The notes under the pieces were generated by a model. That model had not been told where the DNA came from. It made no database searches and saw nothing but the letters and a program-made list of their open reading frames with translations. A stretch of 64,000 nt of DNA, from the NCBI RefSeq assembly GCF_009914755.1, contig NC_060948.1; one strand, 5' to 3'. How positions within the stretch are numbered: the stretch's first letter is position 1; each line of letters starts with the position of its first letter. The translations under genes were made by a program, and so were the position numbers. Shown here in pieces: positions 20,059-38,100 of the stretch. The stretch is from the human T2T-CHM13v2.0 reference genome, Homo sapiens.

Positions 20059-23000
20059 TAGCTGGGACTACACCACACTGGGAATACACCAGCTGCCACC
20101 ATGCCTAGCTAATTTTTTGGATTTTTAGTAGTGACAGCGTTTCACTGTATTGGCCAGGATGGTCTTGATCTCTTCACCTTGTGATCCCCTTGCCTTGGCC
20201 TCCAAATTTGCTGGGATTACAGGCCTGAGCCAAGATCCATATTTTTTAAATGAAAAAAAATTTCAAAGGTACTCTGCTTGGTACAATAATCAAATGTATA
20301 AACTGAGGAATAAAACATAACCATGAAACCTACTTATAACTGCATATGGAAAATACAGAGGATAATTTTTTAAATAACATATTTTGAAAGCCTTAACTAG
20401 TAATTTGAAGAGTTGGCATTTGAAAGGCCAGTATGAATATACCTTCAAATCAGCAACACAGGTTCCCCATGAGAAAAAGCAAACACAGGGAAAATAAAAA
20501 CACAAAGGTTCAATCTCTTTTGACCTTTGAAAGACACAGCACAGACAGTGGTCCTTAGGACGAAGAGCAGGAGACCCCTAATTCCGTCACCATGGCGATA
20601 GGGCATAAACATTGCTGGGTGAGGGCACAATCCACATTGTGAGGTCCAACTGCTGCCAGGAAGACAGGAGTGCTTTTACATAGACCGAAAGGTCATTGAA
20701 GGCTCAGAGTTTTGTTTCAAGAACTGAATCCCAAGCCCACACGTTATTAGGCTGCGCTTCTTAAAACAAGTTATGAGATGGGAAAAAGGGCACCCACAAA
20801 CATACGTATACATTATGTATATAATAATATACAGTATCATATATATAATATATATAACCTATGTATAATATTGTTTTACATCCTGCATCTTATGTTATAT
20901 ATATTGTATAAAATATAATAATTGATAATATATAAGATTTATAATTATACAATATGACATATAGTATATATTATAATTTATGACATATATAATATATGTT
21001 ATATATCATATGTAGAATATATTATACGGTTAATATACGTATTAAATATAAATTATACATTATATATATTATATATAATATATCTGTTATATATAATACA
21101 CATTATGCATAATATATATATTATGTCTATGTTATATATAGTATAAAACAACATATAATAATGTATAATTGTATATATAAAATGCGACATATAATATATA
21201 TTATATTTTATAACATATGTAATATATACTATATATTATATATAATACGTTGTATGTATAATACCTATATTAAATATATATTATATGACTATGTTATTAA
21301 TTACATGTCACATGTGTTATATATTATACATTTTACATAGAATATACCGGTTACATACAATATATACTATGTTACCTATAATGTGTAATTTATTACATGT
21401 AAAATAAAGAATGCAATATATTATGTATAATTTATAATATACAATATGTGGAATGTGATATATATAACATATAATATATGATATATGATATACAGTATAT
21501 GATATATAACATACAATATATGATTCCTAATATATATGGTATACAATATATATTTTATGATATGTATTCTATATGTTTTATATTCTGTTATATATAACTA
21601 TTTGAAATTATATATAACTGTATAATATTTTATGTAAATATGTAATATAATATATATAACTATATAATATATTATAGATAACTATATATTATGTTATATA
21701 TACTTTTATAACATAATTTACATAAAATATCATAATATAATATATATTATATTATTTCATATTACATAATATATATTACATATCACCCAATATAACTAAC
21801 ATACATAATATTATAATATAGATTATATTGTGTTATATTAAATATCATATATATCATGTATCATATATTCTATAATATATATTACACATTATATAATATG
21901 TATGTTGTCTATTATGTGATATATATAACTATATATATAATTATATTTTTATACATATAACTAGATAAACATGTAATTCTACATATTTTCATTTATAATA
22001 TGTAGAATTATATAATCATATATAATTATTTATATTCTATAAAAAATTTTATCATTATATAAATTATAATATATAAAAATTATAATATGTACTACAAATA
22101 TATATATTATATATCATATATGATATAGTACCTTTGTTATATATCATAATACATATAAATGTGTATTATGTTATCTATAATTATATAATTTCATATATAA
22201 GATGTATAATATGTATCATATATTATATATGTTATGTAATATATATAGTATATATAAGATGACACAGGATAAATATTATATACTATGACATATAAAATAT
22301 ATCAGGTTATATGTTACATATAAGGCATAGCACATAACATGTAATATGTATCATATATAATTTTTTTTTAGACAGAATCTTGTCCTGTTGCACAGGGTGG
22401 GGTACAATGGCGCCATCTTTGCTCACTGCAACTTCTGCCTCATGGGTCCAAGCGATTGTCCTCCCTCAGCCTCCCAGGTAGCTGGGACTACACCACACTG
22501 GGACTACACCAGCTGCCACCATGCCTAGCTAATTTTTTGTATTTTTAGTAGTGACAATGTTTCACTGTATTGGCCAGGATGGTCTTGATCTCTTTACCTT
22601 GTGATCCCCTTGCCTTGGCCTCCAAATTTGCTGGGATTACAGGCCTGAGCCAAGATCCATATTTTTTAAATGAAAAAGAATTTCAAAGGTACTCTGCTTG
22701 GTACAATAATCAAATGTATAAACTGAGGAATAAAACATAACCATGAAACCTACTTATAACTGCATATGGAAAATACAGAGGATAATTTTTTAAATAACAT
22801 ATTTTGAAAGCCTTAACTAGTAATTTGAAGAGTTGGCATTTGAAAGGCCAGTATGAATATACCTTCAAAGCAGCAACACAGGTTCCCCATGAGAAAAAGC
22901 AAACACAGGGAAAATAAAAACACAAAGGTTCAATCTCTTCTGACCTTTGAAAGACACAGCACAGACAGTGGTCCTTAGGACGAAGAGCAGGAGACCCCTA

Positions 23001-26000
23001 ATTCCGTCACCATGGCGATAGGGCATAAACATTGCTGGGTGAGGGCACAATCCACATTGTGAGGTCCAACTGCTGCCAGGAAGACAGGAGTGCTTTTACA
23101 TAGACCGAAAGGTCATTGAAGGCTGAGAGTTTTGTTTCAAGAACTGAATCCCAAGCCCACACGTTATTAGGCTGCGCTTCTTAAAACAAGTTATGAGATG
23201 GGAAAAAGGGCACCCACAAACATACGTATACATTATGTATATAATAATATACAGTATCATATATATAATATATATAACCTATGTATAATATTGTTTTACA
23301 TCCTGCATCTTATGTTATATATGTTGTATAAAATATAATAATTGATAATATATAAGTTTTATAATTATACAATATGACATATAGTATATATTATAATTTA
23401 TGACATATATAATATATGTTATATATCATATGTAGAATATATTATACGGTTAATATACGTATTAAATATAAATTATACATTATATATATTATATATAATA
23501 TATCTGTTATATATAATACCCATTATGCATAATATATATATTATGTCTATGTTATATATAGTATAAAACAACATATAATAATATATAATTGTATATATAA
23601 AATGCGACAGATAATATATATTATATTTTATAACATATGTAATATATATTATATATTATATATAATACGTTGTATGTATAATACCTATATTAAATATATA
23701 TTATATGACTATGTTATTAATTACATGTCACATGTGTTATATATTATATATTTTACATAGAATATACCGGTTACATACAATATATACTATGTTACCTATA
23801 ATGTGTAATTTATTACATGTAAAATAAAGAATGCAATATATTATGTATAATTTATAATATACAATATGTGGAATGTGATATATATAACATATAATATATG
23901 ATATATGATATACAGTATATGATATATAACATACAATATATGATTCCTAATATATATGGTATACAATATATATTTTATGATATGTATTCTATATGTTTTA
24001 TATTCTGTTATATATAACTATTTGAAATTATATATAACTGTATAATATTTTATGTAAATATGTAATATAATATATATAACTATATAATATATTATAGATA
24101 ACTATATATTATGTTATATATAATTTTATAACATAATTTACATAAAATATCATAATATAATATATATTATATTATTTCATATTACATAATATATATTACA
24201 TATCACCCAATATAACTAACATACATAATATTATAACATAGATTATATTGTGTTATATTAAATATCATATATATCATTTATCATATATTCTATAATATAT
24301 ATTACACATTATATAATATGTATGTTGTCTATTATGTGATATATATAACTATATATATAATTATATTTTTATACATATAACTAGATAAACATGTAATTCT
24401 ACATATTTTCATTTATAATATGTAGAATTATATAATCATATATAATTATTTATATTCTATAAAAAATTTTATCATTATATAAATTATAATATATAAAAAT
24501 TATAATATGTACTACAAATATATATATTATATATCATATATGATATAGTACCTTTGTTATATATCATAATACATATAAATGTGTATTATGTTATCTATAA
24601 TTATATAATTTCATATAAAAGATGTATAACATGTATCATATATTATATATGTTATGTAATATATATAGTATATATAAGATGACACAGGATAAATATTATA
24701 TACTATGACATATAAAATATATCAGGTTATATGTTACATATAAGGCATAGCACATAACATGTAATATGTATCATATATAATTTTTTTTTAGACAGAATCT
24801 TGTCCTGTTGCACAGGGTGGGGTACAATGGCGCCATCTTTGCTCACTGCAAATTCTGCCTCATGGGTCCAAGCGATTGTCCTCCCTCAGCCTCCCAGGTA
24901 GCTGGGACTACACCACACTGGGACTACACCAGCTGCCACCATGCCTTGCTAATTTTTTGGATTTTTAGTAGTGACAGCGTTTCACTGTATTGGCCAGGAT
25001 GGTCTTGATCTCTTCACCTTGTGATCCCCTTGCCTTGGCCTCCAAATTTGCTGGGATTACAGGCCTGAGCCAAGATCCATATTTTTTAAATGAAAAAAAA
25101 TTTCAAAGGTACTCTGCTTGGTACAATAATCAAATGTATAAACTGAGGAATAAAACATAACCATGAAACCTACTTATAACTGCATATGGAAAATGCAGAG
25201 GATAATTTTTTAAATAACATATTTTGAAAGCCTTAACTATTAATTTGAAGAGTTGGCATTTGAAAGGCCAGTATGAATATACCTTCAAAGCAGCAACACA
25301 GGTTCCCCATGAGAAAAAGCAAACACAGGGAAAATAAAAACACAAAGGTTCAATCTCTTCTGACCTTTGAAAGACACAGCACAGACAGTGGTCCTTAGGA
25401 CGAAGAGCAGGAGACCCCTAATTCCGTCACCATGGCGATAGGGCATAAACATTGCTGGGTGAGGGCACAATCCACATTGTGAGGTCCAACTGCTGCCAGG
25501 AAGACAGGAGTGCTTTTACATAGACCGAAAGGTCATTGAAGGCTCAGAGTTTTGTTTCAAGAACTGAATCCCAAGCCCACACGTTATTAGGCTGCGCTTC
25601 TTAAAACAAGTTATGAGATGGGAAAAAGGGCACCCACAAACATACGTATACATTATGTATATAATAATATACAGTGTCATATATTTAATGTATATAACCT
25701 ATGTATAATATTGTTTTACATCCTGCATCTTATGTTATATATATTGTATAAAATATAATAATTGATAATATATAAGTTTTATAATTATACAATATGACAT
25801 ATAGTATATATTATAATTTATGACATATATAATATATGTTATATGTCATATATAGAATATATTATACGGTTAATATACGTATTAAATATAAATTATACAT
25901 TATATATATTATATATAATATATCTGTTATATATAATACCCATTATGCATAATATATATATTATGTCTATGTTATATATAGTATAAAACAACATATAATA

Positions 26001-27177
26001 ATATATAATTGTATATATAAAATGCGACATATAATATATATTATATTTTATAACATATGTAATATATATTATATATTATATATAATACGTTGTATGTATA
26101 ATACCTATATTAAATATATATTATATGACTATGTTATTAATTACATGTCACATGTGTTATATATTATATATTTTACATAGAATATACCGGTTACATACAA
26201 TATATACTATGTTACCTATAATGTATAATTTATTACATGTAAAATAAAGAATGCAATATATTATGTATAATTTATAATATACCATATGTGGAATGTGATA
26301 TATATAACATATAATATATGATATATGGTATACAGTATATGATATATAACATACAATATATGATTCCTAATATATATTGTATACAATATATATTTTATGA
26401 TATGTATTCTATATGTTTTATATTCTGTTATATATAACTATTTGAAATTATATATAACTGTATAATATTTTATGTAAATATGTAATATAATATATATAAC
26501 TATATAATATATTACATATAACTATATATTATGTTATATATACTTTTATAACATAATTTACATAAAATATCATAATGTAATATATATTATATTATTTCAT
26601 ATTACATAATATATATTACATATCACCCAATATAACTAACATACATAATATTATAATATAGATTATATTGTGTTATATTAAATATCATATATATCATGTA
26701 TCATATATTATATAATATATATTACACATTATATAATATGTATGTTGTCTATTATGTGATATATATAACTATATATATAATTATATTTTTATACATATAA
26801 CTAGATAAACATGTAATTCTACATATTTTCATTTATAATATGTAGAATTATATAATCATATATAATTATTTATATTCTATAAAAAATTTTATCATAATAT
26901 AAATTATAATATATAAAAATTATAATATGTACTACAAATATATATATTATATATCATATATGATATAGTACCTTTGTTATATATCATAATACATATAAAT
27001 GTGTATTATGTTATCTATAATTATATAATTTCATATATAAGATGTATAATATGTATCATATATTATATATGTTATGTAATATATATAGTATATATAAGAT
27101 GACACAGGATAAATATTATATACTATGACATATAAAATATATGAGGTTATATGTTACATATAAGGCATAGCACATAA

Positions 27178-27318
<141 letters not shown>

Positions 27319-30300
27319 TAGCTGGGACTACACCACACTGGGACTACACCAGCTGCCACCATGCCTTGCTAATTTTTTGGATTTTTAGTAGTGACAGCGT
27401 TTCACTGTATTGGCCAGGATGGTCTTGATCTCTTCACCTTGTGATCCCCTTGCCTTGGCCTCCAAATTTGCTGGGATTACAGGCCTGAGCCAAGATCCAT
27501 ATTTTTTAAATGAAAAAAAATTTCAAAGGTACTCTGCTTGGTACAATAATCAAATGTATAAACTGAGGAATAAAACATAACCATGAAACCTACTTATAAC
27601 TGCATATGGAAAATACAGAGGATAATTTTTTAAATAACATATTTTGAAAGCCTTAACTAGTAATTTGAAGAGCTGGCATTTGAAAGGCCAGTATGAATAT
27701 ACCTTCAAATCAGCAACACAGGTTCCCCATGAGAAAAAGCAAACACAGGGAAAATAAAAACACAAAGGTTCAATCTCTTCTGACCTTTGAAAGACACAGC
27801 ACAGACAGTGGTCCTTAGGACGAAGAGCAGGAGACCCCTAATTCCGTCACCATGGCGATAGGGCATAAACATTGCTGGGTGAGGGCACAATCCACATTGT
27901 GAGGTCCAACTGCTGCCAGGAAGACAGGAGTGCTTTTACATAGACCGAAAGGTCATTGAAGGCTCAGAGTTTTGTTTCAAGAACTGAATCCCAAGCCCAC
28001 ACGTTATTAGGCTGCGCTTCTTAAAACAAGTTATGAGATGGGAAAAAGGGCACCCACAAACATACGTATACATTATGTATATAATAATATACAGTATCAT
28101 ATATATAATATATATAACCTATGTATAATATTGTTTTACATCCTGCATCTTATGTTATATATATTGTATAAAATATAATAATTGATAATATATAAGTTTT
28201 ATAATTATACAATATGACATATAGTATATATTATAATTTATGACATATATAATATATGTTATATATCATATGTAGAATATATTATACGGTTAATATACGT
28301 ATTAAATATAAATTATACATTATATATATTATATATAATATATCTGTTATATATAATACCCATTATGCATAATATATATATTATGTCTATGTTATATATA
28401 GTATAAAACAACATATAATAATATATAATTGTATATATAAAATGCGACATATAATATATATTATATTTTATAACATATGTAATATATATTATATATTATA
28501 TATAATACGTTGTATGTATAATACCTATATTAAATATATATTATATGACTATGTTATTAATTACATGTCACATGTGTTATATATTATATATTTTACATAG
28601 AATATACCGGTTACATACAATATATACTATGTTACCTATAATGTGTAATTTATTACATGTAAAATAAAGAATGCAATATATTATGTATAATTTATAATAT
28701 ACAATATGTGGAATGTGATATATATAACATATAATATATGATATATGATTTACAGTATATGATATATAACATACAATATATGATTCCTAATATATATGGT
28801 ATACAATATATATTTTATGATATGTATTCTATATGTTTTATATTCTGTTATATATAACTATTTGAAATTATATATAACTGTATAATATTTTATGTAAATA
28901 TGTAATATAATATATATAACTATATAATATATTATAGATAACTATATATTATGTTATATATACTTTTATAACATAATTTACATAAAATATCATAATATAA
29001 TATATATTATATTATTTCATATTACATAATATATATTACATATCACCCAATATAACTAACATACATAATATTATAACATAGATTATATTGTGTTATATTA
29101 AATATCATATATATCATGTATCATATATTCTATAATATATATTACACATTATATAATATGTATGTTGTCTATTATGTGATATATATAACTATATATATAA
29201 TTATATTTTTATACATATAACTAGATAAACATGTAATTCTACATATTTTCATTTATAATATGTAGAATTATATAATCATATATAATTATTTATATTCTAT
29301 AAAAAATTTTATCATTATATAAATTATAATATATAAAAATTATAATATGTACTACAAATATATATATTATATATCATATATGATATAGTACCTTTGTTAT
29401 ATATCATAATACATATAAATGTGTATTATGTTATCTATAATTATATAATTTCATATATAAGATGTATAATATGTATCATATATTATATATGTTATGTAAT
29501 ATATATAGTATATATAAGATGACACAGGATAAATATTATATACTATGACATATAAAATATATCAGGTTATATGTTACATATAAGGCATAGCACATAACAT
29601 GTAATATGTATCATATATAATTTTTTTTTTAGACAGAATCTTGTCCTGTTGCACAGGGTGGGGTACAATGGCGCCATCTTTGCTCACTGCAACTTCTGCC
29701 TCATGGGTCCAAGCGATTGTCCTCCCTCAGCCTCCCAGGTAGCTGGGACTACACCACACTGGGACTACACCAGCTGCCACCATGCCTAGCTAATTTTTTG
29801 TATTTTTAGTAGTGACAGCGTTTCACTGTATTGGCCAGGATGGTCTTGATCTCTTCACCTTGTGATCCCCTTGCCTTGGCCTCCAAATTTGCTGGGATTA
29901 CAGGCCTGAGCCAAGATCCATATTTTTTAAATGAAAAAAAATTTCAAAGGTACTCTGCTTGGTACAATAATCAAATGTATAAACTGAGGAATAAAACATA
30001 ACCATGAAACCTACTTATAACTGCATATGGAAAATACAGAGGATAATTTTTTAAATAACATATTTTGAAAGCCTTAACTAGTAATTTGAAGAGTTGGCAT
30101 TTGAAAGGCCAGTATGAATATACCTTCAAAGCAGCAACACAGGTTCCCCATGAGAAAAAGCAAACACAGGGAAAATAAAAACACAAAGGTTCAATCTCTT
30201 CTGACCTTTGAAAGACACAGCACAGACAGTGGTCCTTAGGACGAAGAGCAGGAGACCCCTAATTCCGTCACCATGGCGATAGGGCATAAACATTGCTGGG

Positions 30301-32018
30301 TGAGGGCACAATCCACATTGTGAGGTCCAACTGCTGCCAGGAAGACAGGAGTGCTTTTACATAGACCGAAAGGTCATTGAAGGCTCAGAGTTTTGTTTCA
30401 AGAACTGAATCCCAAGCCCACACGTTATTAGGCTGCGCTTCTTAAAACAAGTTATGAGATGGGAAAAAGGGCACCCACAAACATACGTATACATTATGTA
30501 TATAATAATATACAGTATCATATATATAATATATATAACCTATGTATAATATTGTTTTACATCCTGCATCTTATGTTATATATATTGTATAAAATATAAT
30601 AATTGATAATATATAAGTTTTATAATTATACAATATGACATATGGTATATATTATAATTTATGACATATATAATATATGTTATATATCATATGTAGAATA
30701 TATTATACGGTTAATATACGTATTAAATATAAATTATACATTATATATATTATATATAATATATCTGTTATATATAATACCCATTATGCATAATATATAT
30801 ATTATGTCTATGTTATATATAGTATAAAACAACATATAATAATATATAATTGTATATATAAAATGCGACATATAATATATATTATATTTTATAACATATG
30901 TAATTTATATTATATATTATATATAATACGTTGTATGTATAATACCTATATTAAATATATATTATATGACTATGTTATTAATTACATGTCACATGTGTTA
31001 TATATTATATATTTTACATAGAATATACCGGTTACATACAATATATACTATGTTACCTATAATGTGTAATTTATTACATGTAAAATAAAGAATGCAATAT
31101 ATTATGTATAATTTATAATATACAATATGTGGAATGTGATATATATAACATATAATATATGATACATGATATACAGTATATGATATATAACATACAATAT
31201 ATGATTCCTAATATATATGGTATACAATATATATTTTATGATATGTATTCTATATGTTTTATATTCTGTTATATATAACTATTTGAAATTATATATAACT
31301 GTATAATATTTTATGTAAATATGTAATATAATATATATAACTATATAATATATTATATATAACTATATATTTTGTTATATATACTTTTATAACATAATTT
31401 ACATAAAATATCATAATATAATATATATTATATTATTTCATATTACATAATATATATTACATATCACCCAATATAACTAACATACATAATATTATAATAT
31501 AGATTATATTATGTTATATTAAATATCATATCTATCATGTATCATATATTCTATAATATATATTACACTTTATATAATATGGATGTTGTCTATTATGTGA
31601 TATATATAACTATATATATAATTATATTTTTATACATATAACTAGATAAACATGTAATTCTACATATTTTCATTTATAATATGTAGAATTATATAATCAT
31701 ATATAATTATTTATATTCTATAAAAAATTTTATCATTATATAAATTATAATATATAAAAATTATAATATGTACTACAAATATATATATTATATATCATAT
31801 ATGATATAGTACCTTTGTTATATATCATAATACATGTAAATGTGTATTATGTTATCTATAATTATATAATTTCATATATAAGATATATAATATGTATCAT
31901 ATATTATATATGTTATGTAATATATATAGTATATATAAGATGACACAGGATAAATATTATATACTATGACATATAAAATATATGAGGTTATATGTTACAT
32001 ATAAGGCATAGCACATAA

Positions 32019-32159
<141 letters not shown>

Positions 32160-35100
32160 TAGCTGGGACTACACCACACTGGGACTACACCAGCTGCCAC
32201 CATGCCTAGCTAATTTTTTGGATTTTTAGTAGTGACAGCGTTTCACTGTATTGGCCAGGATGGTCTTGATCTCTTCACCTTGTGATCCCCTTGCCTTGGC
32301 CTCCAAATTTGCTGGGATTACAGGCCTGAGCCAAGATCCATATTTTTTAAATGAAAAAAAATTTCAAAGGTACTCTGCTTGGTACAATAATCAAATGTAT
32401 AAACTGAGGAATAAAACATAACCATGAAACCTACTTATAACTGCATATGGAAAATACAGAGGATAATTTTTTAAATAACATATTTTGAAAGCCTTAACTA
32501 GTAATTTGAAGAGTTGGCATTTGAAAGGCCAGTATGAATGTACCTTCAAAGCAGCAACACAGGTTCCCCATGAGAAAAAGCAAACACAGGGAAAATAAAA
32601 ACACAAAGGTTCAATCTCTTCTGACCTTTGAAAGACACAGCACAGACAGTGGTCCTTAGGACGAAGAGCAGGAGACCCCTAATTCCGTCACCATGGCGAT
32701 AGGGCATAAACATTGCTGGGTGAGGGCACAATCCACATTGTGAGGTCCAACTGCTGCCAGGAAGACAGGAGTGCTTTTACATAGACCGAAAGGTCATTGA
32801 AGGCTCAGAGTTTTGTTTCAAGAACTGAATCCCAAGCCCACACGTTATTAGGCTGCGCTTCTTAAAACAAGTTATGAGATGGGAAAAAGGGCACCCACAA
32901 ACATACGTATACATTATGTATAATAATATACAGTATCATATATATAATATATATAAACTATGTATAATATTGTTTTACATCCTGCATCTTATGTTATATA
33001 TATTGTATAAAATATAATAATTGATAATATATAAGTTTTATATTTATACAATATGACATATAGTATATATTATAATTTATGACATTTATAATATATGTTA
33101 TATATCATATATAGAATATATTATACGGTTAATATACGTATTAAATATAAATTATACATTATATATATTATATATAATATATCTGTTATATATAATACCC
33201 ATTATGCATAATATATATATTATGTCTATGTTATATATAGTATAAAACAACATATAATAATATATAATTGTATATATAAAATGCGACATATAATATATAT
33301 TATATTTTATAACATACGTAATATATATTATATATTATATATAATACGTTGTATGTATAATACCTATATTAAATATATATTATATGACTATGTTATTAAT
33401 TACATGTCACATGTGTTATATATTATATATTTTACATAGAATATACCGGTTACATACAATATATACTATGTTACCTATAATGTATAATTTATTACATGTA
33501 AAATAAAGAATGCAATATATTATGTATAATTTATAATATACAATATGTGGAATGTGATATATATAACATATAATATATGATATATGATATACAGTATATG
33601 ATATATAACATACAATATATGATTCCTAATATATATGGTATACAATAAATATTTTATGATATGTATTCTATATGTTTTATATTCTGTTATATATAACTAT
33701 TTGAAATTATATATAACTGTATAATATTTTATGTAAATATGTAATATAATATATATAACTATATAATATATTATATATAACTATATATTATGTTATATAT
33801 ACTTTTATAACATAATGTACATAAAATATCATAATATAATATATACTATATTATTTCATATTACATATTATATATTACATATCACCCAATATAACTAACA
33901 TACATAATATTATAATATAGATTATATTATGTTATATTAAATATCATATATATCATGTATCATATATTCTATAATATATATTACACATTATATAATATGT
34001 ATGTTGTCTATTATGTGATATATATAACTATATATATAATTATATTTTTATACATATAACTAGATAAACATGAAATTCTACATATTTTCATTTATAATAT
34101 GTAGAATTATATAATCATATATAATTATTTATATTCTATAAAAAATTTTATCATTATATAAATTATAATATATAAAAATTATAATATGTACTACAAATAT
34201 ATATATTATATATCATATATGATATAGTACCTTTGTTATATATCATAATACATATAAATGTGTATTATGTTATCTATAATTATATAATTTCATATATAAG
34301 TTGTATAATATGCATCATATATTATATATGTTATGTAATATATATAGTATATATAAGATGACAGGATAAATATTATATACTATGACATATAAAATATATC
34401 AGGTTATATGTTACATATAAGGCATAGCACATAACATGTAATATATATCATATATAATTTTTTTTTAGACAGAATCTTGTCCTGTTGCACAGGGTCGGGT
34501 ACAATGGCGCCATGTTTGCTCACTGCAACTTCTGCCTCACGGGTCCAAGCGATTGTCCTCCCTCAGCCTCCCAGGTAGCTGGGACTACACCACACTGGGA
34601 CTACACCAGCTGCCACCATGCCTAGCTAATTTTTTGTATTTTTAGTAGTGACAGCGTTTCACTGTATTGGCCAGGATGGTCTTGATCTCTTCACCTTGTG
34701 ATCCCCTTGCCTTGGCCTCCAAATTTGCTGGGATTACAGGCCTGAGCCAAGATCCATATTTTTTAAATGAAAAAAAATTTCAAAGGTACTCTGCTTGGTA
34801 CAATAATCAAATGTATAAACTGAGGAATAAAACATAACCATGAAACCTACTTATCACTGCATATGGAAAATACAGAGGATAATTTTTTAAATAACATATT
34901 TTGAAAGCCTTAACTAGTAATTTGAAGAGCTGGCATTTGAAAGGCCAGTATGAATATACCTTCAAAGCAGCAACACAGGTTCCCCATGAGAAAAAGCAAA
35001 CACAGGGAAAATAAAAACACAAAGGTTCAATCTCTTCTGACCTTTGAAAGACACAGCACAGACAGTGGTCCTTAGGACGAAGAGCAGGAGACCCCTAATT

Positions 35101-38100
35101 CCGTCACCATGGCGATAGGGCATAAACATTGCTGGGTGAGGGCACAATCCACATTGTGAGGTCCAACTGCTGCCAGGAAGACAGGAGTGCTTTTACATAG
35201 ACCGAAAGGTCATTGAAGGCTCAGAGTTTTGTTTCAAGAACTGAATCCGAAGCCCACACGTTATTAGGCTGCGCTTCTTAAAACAAGTTATGAGATGGGA
35301 AAAAGGGCACCCACAAACATACGTATACATTATGTATATAATAATATACAGTATCATATATATAATATATATAACCTATGTATAATATTGTTTTACATCC
35401 TGCATCTTATGTTATATATATTGTATAAAATATAATAATTGATAATATATAAGTTTTATAATTATACAATATGACATATAGTATATATTATAATTTATGA
35501 CATATATAATATATGTTATATGTCATATATAGAATATATTATACGGTTAATATACGTATTAAATATAAATTATACATTATATATATTATATATAATATAT
35601 CTGTTATATATAATACCCATTATGCATAATATATATATTATGTCTATGTTATATATAGTATAAAACAACATATAATAATATATAATTGTATATATAAAAT
35701 GCGACATAGAATATATATTATATTTTATAACATATGTAATATATATTATATATTATATATAATACGTTGTATGTATAATACCTATATTAAATATATATTA
35801 TATGACTATGTTATTAATTACATGTCACATGTGTTATATATTATATATTTTACATAGAATATACCGGTTACATACAATATATACTATGTTACCTATAATG
35901 TATAATTTATTACATGTAAAATAAAGAATGCAATATATTATGTATAATTTATAATATACCATATATGGAATGTGATATATATAACATATAATATATGATA
36001 TATGATATACAGTATATGATATATAACATACAATATATGATTCCTAATATATATGGTATACAATATATATTTTATGATATGTATTCTATATGTTTTATAT
36101 TCTGTTATATATAACTATTTGAAATTATATATAACTCTATAATATTTTATGTAAATATGTAATATAATATATATAACCATATCATATATTATATATAACT
36201 ATATATTATGTTATATATACTTTTATAACATAATTTACATAAAATATCATAATATAACATATATTATATTATTTCATATTACATAATATATATTACATAT
36301 CACCCAATATAACTAACATACATAATATTATAATATAGATTATATTGTGTTATATTAAATATCATATATATCATGTATCATATATTCTATAATATATATT
36401 ACACATTATATAATATGTATATTGTCTATTATGTGATATATATAACTATATATATAATTATATTTTTATACATATAACTAGATAAACATGTAATTCTACA
36501 TATTTTCATTTATAATATGTAGAATTATATAATCATATATAATTATTTATATTCTATAAAAAATTATATCATTATATAAATTATAATATATAAAAATTAT
36601 AATATGTACTACAAATATATATATTATATATCATATATGATATAGTACCTTTGTTATATATCATAATACATATAAATGTGTATTATGTTATCTATAATTA
36701 TATAATTTCATATATAAGATGTATAATATGTATCATATATTATATATGTTATGTAATATATATAGTATATATAAGATGACACAGGATAAATATTATATAC
36801 TATGACATATAAAATATATGAGGTTATATGTTACATATAAGGCATAGCACATAACATGTAATATATATCATACATAATTTTTTTCCAGACAGAATCTTGT
36901 CCTGTTGTACAGGGTGGGGTACAATGGCGCCATCTTTGCTCACTGCAACTTCTGCCTCACGGGTCCAAGCGATTGTCCTCCCTCAGCCTCCCAGGTAGCT
37001 GGGACTACACCACACTGGGACTACACCAGCTGCCACCATGCCTAGCTAATTTTTTGTATTTTTAGTAGTGACAGCGTTTCACTGTATTGGCCAGGATGGT
37101 CTTGATCTCTTCACCTTGTGATCCGCTTGCCTTGGCCTCCAAATTTGCTGGGATTACAGGCCTGAGCCAAGATCCATATTTTTTAAATGAAAAAAAATTT
37201 CAAAGGTACTCTGCTTGGTACAATAATCAAATGTATAAACTGAGGAATAAAACATAACCATGAAACCTACTTATAACTGCATATGGAAAATACAGAGGAT
37301 AATTTTTTAAATAACATATTTTGAAAGCCTTAACTAGTAATTTGAAGAGTTGGCATTTGAAAGGCCAGTATGAATATACCTTCAAAGCAGCAACACAGGT
37401 TCCCCATGAGAAAAAGCAAACACAGGGAAAACAAAAACACAAAGGTTCAATCTCTTCTGACCTTTGAAAGACACAGCACAGACAGTGGTCCTTAGGACGA
37501 AGAGCAGGAGACCCCTAATTCTGTCACCATGGCGATAGGGCATAAACATTGCTGGGTGAGGGCACAATCCACATTGTGAGGTCCAACTGCTGCCAGGAAG
37601 ACAGGAGTGCTTTTACATAGACCGAAAGGTCATTGAAGGCTCAGAGTTTTGTTTCAAGAACTGAATCCCAAGCCCACACGTTATTAGGCTGCGCTTCTTA
37701 AAACAAGTTATGAGATGGGAAAAAGGGCACCCACAAACATACGTATACATTATGTATATAATAATATACAGTATCATATATATAATATATATAACCTATG
37801 TATAATATTGTTTTACATCCTGCATCTTATGTTATATATATTGTATAAAATATAATAATTGATAATATATAAGTTTTATAATTATACAATATGACATACA
37901 GTATATATTATAATTTATGACATATATAATATATGTTATATGTCATATATAGAATATATTATACGGTTAATATACGTATTAAATATAAATTATACATTAT
38001 ATATATTATATATAATATATCTGTTATATATAATACCCATTATGCATAATATATATATTATGTCTATGTTATATATAGTATAAAACAACATATAATAATA